Part shown: positions 58,502-64,000 of the stretch, in pieces | How positions within the stretch are numbered: the stretch's first letter is position 1 | Layout of the letters: each line of letters opens with the position of its first letter | Origin: Bacteroidota bacterium | Lineage (GTDB): Bacteria; Bacteroidota; Bacteroidia; Chitinophagales; LD1 | Direction of reading: 5' to 3' | Assembly: GCA_018267365.1 (NCBI GenBank) | Contig: JAFDYQ010000020.1 | Location: 1-64,000, forward strand | Length of the DNA: 64,000 nt | Made by a program: the position numbers and the translations under genes | Notes under the pieces: model-generated | The model's input: only the letters and a program-made list of their open reading frames with translations | What the model was told of the DNA's origin: nothing | Databases searched by the model: none

Positions 58502-59129
58502 GACCGCAGACTATGTCAAAGCCACACTCGCCACAGCCGAGGGTGGCCATGACTGGCACCATATCTACCGTGTATGGCGTACCGCCAAAGAAATAGCCTC
58601 GCATGAATCCTGTGACACCTATGTAGTAGAGCTGGCTGCATTGCTGCACGATATAGCCGACTCGAAGTTTCATGGAGGCGATGAGGAGATAGGCCCGCAG
58701 CGGGCGGAGGCGTGGCTGCGCTCTATCAGTGTGGAGGAAGACGTGATCGCACACGTGATCCGGATCATCCGTAATATCTCCTACAAAGGTGGAAAGACTG
58801 AGCGAACCTTTCACTCCATAGAGCTGGATGTGACGCAAGATGCAGACCGCCTGGATGCATTAGGTGCGATAGGCATAGCGCGCGCCTTCAGCTATGGCGG
58901 CTACAAGGGCCGCGCCCTATATGACCCGGAGATAGCGCCGAACCTGCACATGACCAAAGAGGAATACAAGCACTCCTCAGCGCCTACCATCAATCACTTC
59001 TACGAGAAACTCCTGCTACTCAAAGACCGCATGAATACGTCTACGGGCAAAGCGATGGCTCAAAAGCGCCACGACTTTATGATCAACTACCTGGAGCAGT
59101 TTTACGAAGAGTGGGAGGGGAAAAGCTAG
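58476..59129 (+). CDS. HD-domain phosphohydrolase
   Basis: HHIYRV...LLHDIAD...DADRLDALG (the HD motif). Overlaps the patatin gene by about 26 nt; the start is uncertain. Confidence 0.7.
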   Translation: MKHQQKINETADYVKATLATAEGGHDWHHIYRVWRTAKEIASHESCDTYVVELAALLHDIADSKFHGGDEEIGPQRAEAWLRSISVEEDVIAHVIRIIRNISYKGGKTERTFHSIELDVTQDADRLDALGAIGIARAFSYGGYKGRALYDPEIAPNLHMTKEEYKHSSAPTINHFYEKLLLLKDRMNTSTGKAMAQKRHDFMINYLEQFYEEWEGKS

Positions 59130-59144
59130 AAATAACTTGGTGCT

Positions 59145-60173
59145 TTACCCCAGCTTCTTCTCCAGATCTGCTATCCGCTTCATCAGGTCAGGGATGAGCT
59201 TGATATGAGCCAGGCCCTTGTAGTGCTCGCGAAAGTCACCTGCAGGTGATCCCGTCAAGGCGCGGCCCGCGGTCTCAATAGACTTTGATACGCCGCTCTG
59301 GGCATTGATCTTGACACCATCAGCTATGCGGATGTGCCCTACGATGCCTACCTGACCGCCTATCATCACCTGCCGGCCTATGCGCGTACTACCTGAGATG
59401 CCTGTTTGCGCAGCTATCACCGTGTTATCTCCCACCTCCACGTTGTGCGCTATGTGGATGAGGTTGTCTAGCTTCACGCCGTCATGCACTACGGTAGCGC
59501 CCATAGTAGCGCGGTCTATCACGGTATTGGCACCGATCTCCACGCGGTCGCCTATCTCTACGATGCCTAGCTGCGGTACTTTCTTGAAAGTACCGTCCGC
59601 CAGCGGCGCAAAGCCAAAGCCATCGCCGCCTATCACTACACCGGCATGTATCGTGCAGTCCTTACCTATGCGGCAGCCTTCGTAGACTTTCGCGCCAGCG
59701 TGGATAGTGGTATTATCTCCTATCGTCACACCATCACCTATGAAGGCTGACGGATAGATGCGCACATTGGCGCCGATGGTCACATTGCCTCCTATGTATG
59801 CGAAGGCGCCGAGGAAAAGTCCTTCGCCGTATTTGCTACCGGCACCTATGTGCGATGGCTGCTGTATACCCGACTTTTGGCCGGAGGCCATGACCTGCTG
59901 GTACAGCTCCAGCAGCGTGGTGAAGGCAGCATAGGGCTCCTTCACACGTATGATCGCGCCTACCTTGTCGTTATGCACCACCAGCGATTCACCTATGAGC
60001 AGGATACCTGCGGGAGCGGTCTGGGCATATTGCTCGTACTTGGGATTGGCTATAAAGGAGAGCGCACCGGCATGTGCTTCTTCTATCTTGGCTATGGTCG
60101 TCACCGCGTGGTCAGGGTTGCCCTCCAGGCGGCCACCGAGCAGCGCGGCTATGTCTTTGGCGGTAAATTGCAT
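59145..60173 (-). CDS. lpxD: UDP-3-O-(3-hydroxyacyl)glucosamine N-acyltransferase
   Basis: N-terminal LpxD domain, hexapeptide-repeat left-handed beta-helix, and C-terminal helical tail. Confidence 0.85.
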   Translation of the reverse strand: MQFTAKDIAALLGGRLEGNPDHAVTTIAKIEEAHAGALSFIANPKYEQYAQTAPAGILLIGESLVVHNDKVGAIIRVKEPYAAFTTLLELYQQVMASGQKSGIQQPSHIGAGSKYGEGLFLGAFAYIGGNVTIGANVRIYPSAFIGDGVTIGDNTTIHAGAKVYEGCRIGKDCTIHAGVVIGGDGFGFAPLADGTFKKVPQLGIVEIGDRVEIGANTVIDRATMGATVVHDGVKLDNLIHIAHNVEVGDNTVIAAQTGISGSTRIGRQVMIGGQVGIVGHIRIADGVKINAQSGVSKSIETAGRALTGSPAGDFREHYKGLAHIKLIPDLMKRIADLEKKLG

Positions 60174-60218
60174 CAGAGCGAATATAGCTAATAGTGAATA
60201 ATTTTATCTTTAACAGCT

Positions 60219-60632
60219 ATGTATATACACTCGCACCAGATCAGGGTACGCTACGCTGATACAGACCAGATGGGCTACGTCTACTATGGCAACTATGCCC
60301 GCTACTACGAGGAGGCCCGCTCAGAGGCTATCCGCTCACTGGGGCTACCCTACCGCGAGCTGGAGCTGGCCGGCATCATGCTGCCCATCACGCGTATGAA
60401 CATCAAGTATATCGGCCCGGCCACCTATGACGAGCTGATCACTATCCGTACCACACTGACCAAGATGCCTGACCGCTTCATGCACTTCAGCTATGAGGTG
60501 TACAATGAGGCAGGCAAACTGATCAATGAAGCGGAGACGCAGCTCGTATTCGTAGATGCGCAGACGCGCAAAATGGTACATGCGCCGCAATATCTGGTGG
60601 ATCAGCTCGCGCCGCACTTTGCGGTAAAGTGA
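60219..60632 (+). CDS. acyl-CoA thioesterase, YbgC/4HBT family
   Basis: VRYADTDQMGYVYYGNYARYYEEAR is the YbgC signature. Confidence 0.75.
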   Translation: MYIHSHQIRVRYADTDQMGYVYYGNYARYYEEARSEAIRSLGLPYRELELAGIMLPITRMNIKYIGPATYDELITIRTTLTKMPDRFMHFSYEVYNEAGKLINEAETQLVFVDAQTRKMVHAPQYLVDQLAPHFAVK

Positions 60633-60663
60633 TATTTCGCTGTAAGGCTTATATTTGACCGGA

Positions 60664-61644
60664 ATGATAAAGCTCTGGAAGAAGCTGGTGGAACGGAATC
60701 CTCACCTGGAGGAGTGGGACGTTTGGTTTAGAACGGTGAGCCTGCCGGGGCTAGATGGTGTGGCTGTGGCCGACGTGTACAAGTTCTTTATCTTTGAGAT
60801 CAGGAAGAACTCTCTCAATCTACGGGCACGGGCCATAGCCTTTAGTTTCTTCCTGTCCCTCTTTCCCGCCATCCTCTTTATCCTCACACTGGTGCCTTTT
60901 ATCTTCCAGTTTTATGGCAAAGTGGGCCTCGATAGCTACATACAAAACCTGCTGAAAAGTATAGCCCCCAGTCCGGACGTGTTTAAGTTTCTATGGAACT
61001 TCGTAGGACCTATCCTCAAAGAGGTAAGCAGCAGACAGCCCAGCCTCCTGACCGGTACTTTCATCCTGACCCTATTTCTCACCAGCAATGGTGTGGTCAC
61101 TATGATGCATTCCTTTGATAAAGGCTATGACCACTACGTACGCAGAAATCCGCTCAAGGTGCGCTTTATAGCCATACAGATATCTCTGCTGCTGGTAGGG
61201 CTGATGCTCTTCTCCTTCATCTTTGTAGTAGTAGGGCAAAACCTGCTGACGTGGGTCTTTGACCTGCTGCATATACATGACAAGTTCACCAAGTTCCTCT
61301 TTACCTTCATCAGGTTCGTGACCATTGTGCTGTTGTTCTTTTTCTCTATATCCCTCATCTACTACTATGGCCCGGCTACTAAGAAGAAGTACCGCTTCAT
61401 CTCTACCGGCTCTACGGTCGCTACCGTGCTGTCTATCGTAGCCTCAGTGGGCTTCTCTTACTACCTCAGCCACTTCTCGCGCTATGGCAAACTCTACGGC
61501 TCCATAGGTACCGTGATGATCATCCTGATCTGGCTGAATATAAATGCATTTGTACTGCTGATAGGCTATGAGATCAATGCTGCGATCTACTACCACCACT
61601 CTATCAGGCAGCACGGTCATGAGGGGGAGAAAGAAGAAGCTTAA
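60664..61644 (+). CDS. YihY/BrkB family membrane protein
   Basis: Polytopic membrane protein (FFLSLFPAILFI...) of about 330 aa. ATG start taken at 60664; the ORF opens at a TTG at 60655. Confidence 0.7.
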   Translation: MIKLWKKLVERNPHLEEWDVWFRTVSLPGLDGVAVADVYKFFIFEIRKNSLNLRARAIAFSFFLSLFPAILFILTLVPFIFQFYGKVGLDSYIQNLLKSIAPSPDVFKFLWNFVGPILKEVSSRQPSLLTGTFILTLFLTSNGVVTMMHSFDKGYDHYVRRNPLKVRFIAIQISLLLVGLMLFSFIFVVVGQNLLTWVFDLLHIHDKFTKFLFTFIRFVTIVLLFFFSISLIYYYGPATKKKYRFISTGSTVATVLSIVASVGFSYYLSHFSRYGKLYGSIGTVMIILIWLNINAFVLLIGYEINAAIYYHHSIRQHGHEGEKEEA

Positions 61645-61769
61645 AAGCTAACACCGTTCAGTCCTGATGTTAAATCCGAAAAACCGACTTGTTTCTTATT
61701 GTTCGTTTCAACATCTTTAATACTGAAAACTGATTTTCAGTTCATTGCAATCACATATAACCCTTTTTA

Positions 61770-64000
61770 ATGAGAAACAAATTTTTACTTGCTACTTTCG
61801 GAGTCCTCTCAGTAGCCTTGCTCTGTAGCAATGCAGGCGGCTACAGCTCTAACCGCACAGGTGCCAATAGTACGACTACAGGATGCGCCGGCGGCTGCCA
61901 TGGATCTACTACCTCTATCGGCACCGTGATAGAACTGGACTCTGCGGGTAGTTCTGTATCAGTTTATCATCCGGGTGTGGCCTATACGGTCAAAATAACG
62001 GCAGTCAATAACACTACCACTACCAATCTGTCTAAATATGGCTTTCAGCTATGTGCGGTGAAATCTGCCGGGGCAGGCACCACCTCTGCTACGCAGGCAG
62101 GTACCTGGGGTACACTTCCTACCGGTACCCAGCAGAATGGTGGTACACTGAAATACATACAGCATAGCCAGCGCCTGTCCCCTGTCAGCGGTGCCGGTGG
62201 TGTAGGTACAGTGTACAGCATCTCTATACCATGGACTGCACCCGTGGCGGGCACAGGTGCAGTCAAGTTTTATGGACTGATCAATGCGGTAAATAATAAT
62301 GGCAACGATGATAGCGGAGACAAATACCAGCTGGCCAATGCTATCACTATCACTGAATATGTAGCACCTGTGGTAGCCGGCGTCTCTATCTCAGAGACAG
62401 CAGGCAGCAATCCTACCTGCCAGGGCAGCTCAGTGACATTCACTGCTACGCCGACCAATGGAGGTACAGCTCCTACCTATCAGTGGCTGGACGGCTCTAC
62501 CGCTATCGGTACAGGCAGCACACTGACCACCTCGTCTCTCACTGCAGGCACTCACTCTATCTCCTGCGTGATGACCTCCAATCTCAGCGGGGTGACCGGC
62601 AATCCGGCTACATCCTCGGCCATCAGCCTCGTAGTGAATACACCTGTGACAGACTCCGTGCAGATAGGCGCCTCTGCTACCAGCTTGTGCGCAGGTACAT
62701 CTGTGACATTCACAGCTACGCCATATAACGGAGGCACTACGCCTGCCTATCAGTGGAAAGATGGTACTACCAATATCGGCACAGGAGCTACACTCACCAC
62801 TTCTGCACTGACCACCGGCACACATACCATTACCTGCGTCATGACTCCATCAGGTACCTGTGTATCTCCGGCTACCTCTACCTCAAACGCTGTCACAGTG
62901 ACTGTGAACGCTCCGGCCGTGGACTCCGTGAGTGTCTCCGCCACGGCTACCTCACTATGCGCAGGTGCTTCTGTCACTTTCGCTGCTACCCCGCATAATG
63001 GCGGCACTACTCCGGCCTACCAGTGGAAAGACGGCACTACCATCATCGGTACCGGCGCTACGCTGACCACCTCATCTCTGACTGCAGGTACGCACAATAT
63101 CACCTGCGTGATGACTCCATCCGGCTCATGTGTGTCTCCATCTACCGCTACCTCAAGCACCATAGTAGTGACGGTCAATGCAACAGTGGCACCTACTATC
63201 ACGCTGAGCGGTACCAGTACTGTATGCACCGGCTCACCTGACACGATCCGCGCTACGATCACCAATGGCGGCGCCAATCCATCGTACAGCTGGACAGTGA
63301 ATAGTGCAGCGGCAGGGACCAATAGTGCTACGCTCGTCATACCATCTGTATCGGCCACCTCGTCTGTGGTTTGCACCCTGACCTCCAATGCCAGCTGTAT
63401 ATCTCCTGCATCTGTGACCTCTACGGCTTTCACTATCACAGCGAGCGGAGCAGTGACTCCGACCGTCTCTATCAGTACCTCTCATGATACTATCTGCGCA
63501 GGTACCACGGCGTCATTTACCGCTACGGGCACAGGGGGGGGGCTACTCCATCGTACCAGTGGCTGGTAGGCAGCACCCCGAGCGGTACCAATAGTAGTGC
63601 CTTTAGCAGCGCTACACTGGCTGACGGTAGCGTAGTGACCTGTGTGCTCACATCATCTCTGGGCTGCGCTACGGTGCAGCATGTGACCAGCAATGGTATC
63701 ACGATGACCGTAGGCGCTATGCCAGTACCTGGTATCACGCCATCGGGCAATGTGCACGTATGTGCAGGTGACTCCGTACTGCTCACCGCGAGCGGCGGCA
63801 GCAGCTACACCTGGAGCACCGGAGGCAGCGGTGCTACCATCTATGCCGGCCAGTCTGCCAGCTACAGTGTGACTGCCACCAGCAGCCTCGGCTGCAGCGC
63901 AGGGCTGGCGGGCGGTGTGAATGTATCGGTCAGCTCTCCTGCTGTGCCTACCATCACCCAGTCAGGTTTTACGCTCACCTCTACCCCGGCAGCACACTAT
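61770..64000 (+). CDS. Ig-like repeat surface protein (tandem repeats of about 95 aa), frameshifted at a G9 tract; continues beyond the window
   Basis: Signal peptide, then at least 8 repeats of the pattern C.GSSVTFTATP.NGGT.P.YQW.DGTT.IGTG.TLTTS.LT.GTH.I.CVMT. The reading frame breaks at 63534..63542 and continues in the +1 frame to the window edge. Confidence 0.7.
63534..63542 (+). repeat. homopolymeric G9 tract inside the Ig-like repeat gene
   Basis: Nine consecutive G. Adding one G restores ...TGTGGGATPSYQWLVGSTPSGTNSSAF..., which matches the repeat consensus. Confidence 0.85.

Noticed and set aside
57482-59129. Patatin-like phospholipase plus HD-domain pair as a possible anti-phage (CBASS-like) effector module
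   Set aside because: No nucleotidyltransferase or cyclase, sensor, or other defence-associated partner is nearby. Both look like housekeeping RssA-like and YedJ-like proteins next to lpxD. Insufficient evidence.
1-64000. CRISPR arrays, rRNA or tRNA genes, transposases or integrases
   Set aside because: No regularly spaced direct repeats with unique spacers, no rRNA-like conserved stretches, no cloverleaf-like tRNA candidates, and no transposase or integrase ORFs were seen. The window appears to be core chromosome with surface-protein islands rather than a mobile element.

Overview
The window is a chromosomal segment from a Bacteroidota genome. The phylum assignment rests on multiple type IX secretion system (T9SS) cargo proteins with type A or type B C-terminal sorting domains, a PorP/SprF gene, MlaEF, LpxD, and a Bacteroidota-style -7 promoter box; the order (Chitinophagia, Saprospiria or Cytophagia-like) is inference. 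I identified about 55 protein-coding genes and no rRNA, tRNA or CRISPR array. The most conspicuous locus (344..14835, minus strand) is a co-directional cell-surface module. It holds two tandem giant paralogous adhesin-like proteins (1740 and 1824 aa) with T9SS type B C-terminal domains, separated by a translationally coupled small secreted protein, then a PorP/SprF-family membrane protein and a PorE-like OmpA protein with TPR and beta-propeller domains. Other T9SS cargo genes are a secreted two-HKD phospholipase D/nuclease-like protein, two type A CTD proteins of unknown function, and a frameshifted Ig-like repeat surface protein that runs off the window. Housekeeping genes include sucD, pyrC, lpxD, MlaEF, an enoyl-CoA hydratase, the catalytic subunit of methylmalonyl-CoA mutase, and a GT2/DUF4199 pair. 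A co-directional metabolic cluster (46231..52157) has an unusual composition: an FGGY kinase, a class III aminotransferase, a class II aldolase plus a degenerate aldolase paralog, and an enzyme of the sphingosine-1-phosphate lyase / group II decarboxylase type. A family of five paralogous small lipoproteins is present, three of them with an N-terminal EGF-like cysteine module. Noncoding structure includes two short intergenic repeat families, a TetR gene flanked by two copies of a palindromic operator-like site, a heptanucleotide tandem repeat, and a G9 homopolymer that breaks the reading frame of the Ig-like repeat gene. A GC-rich region of about 400 nt contains no ORF but ends in a textbook minus-strand intrinsic terminator, so it may encode an ncRNA. 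Nothing could be searched against databases; every family assignment comes from motifs read directly in the translations.
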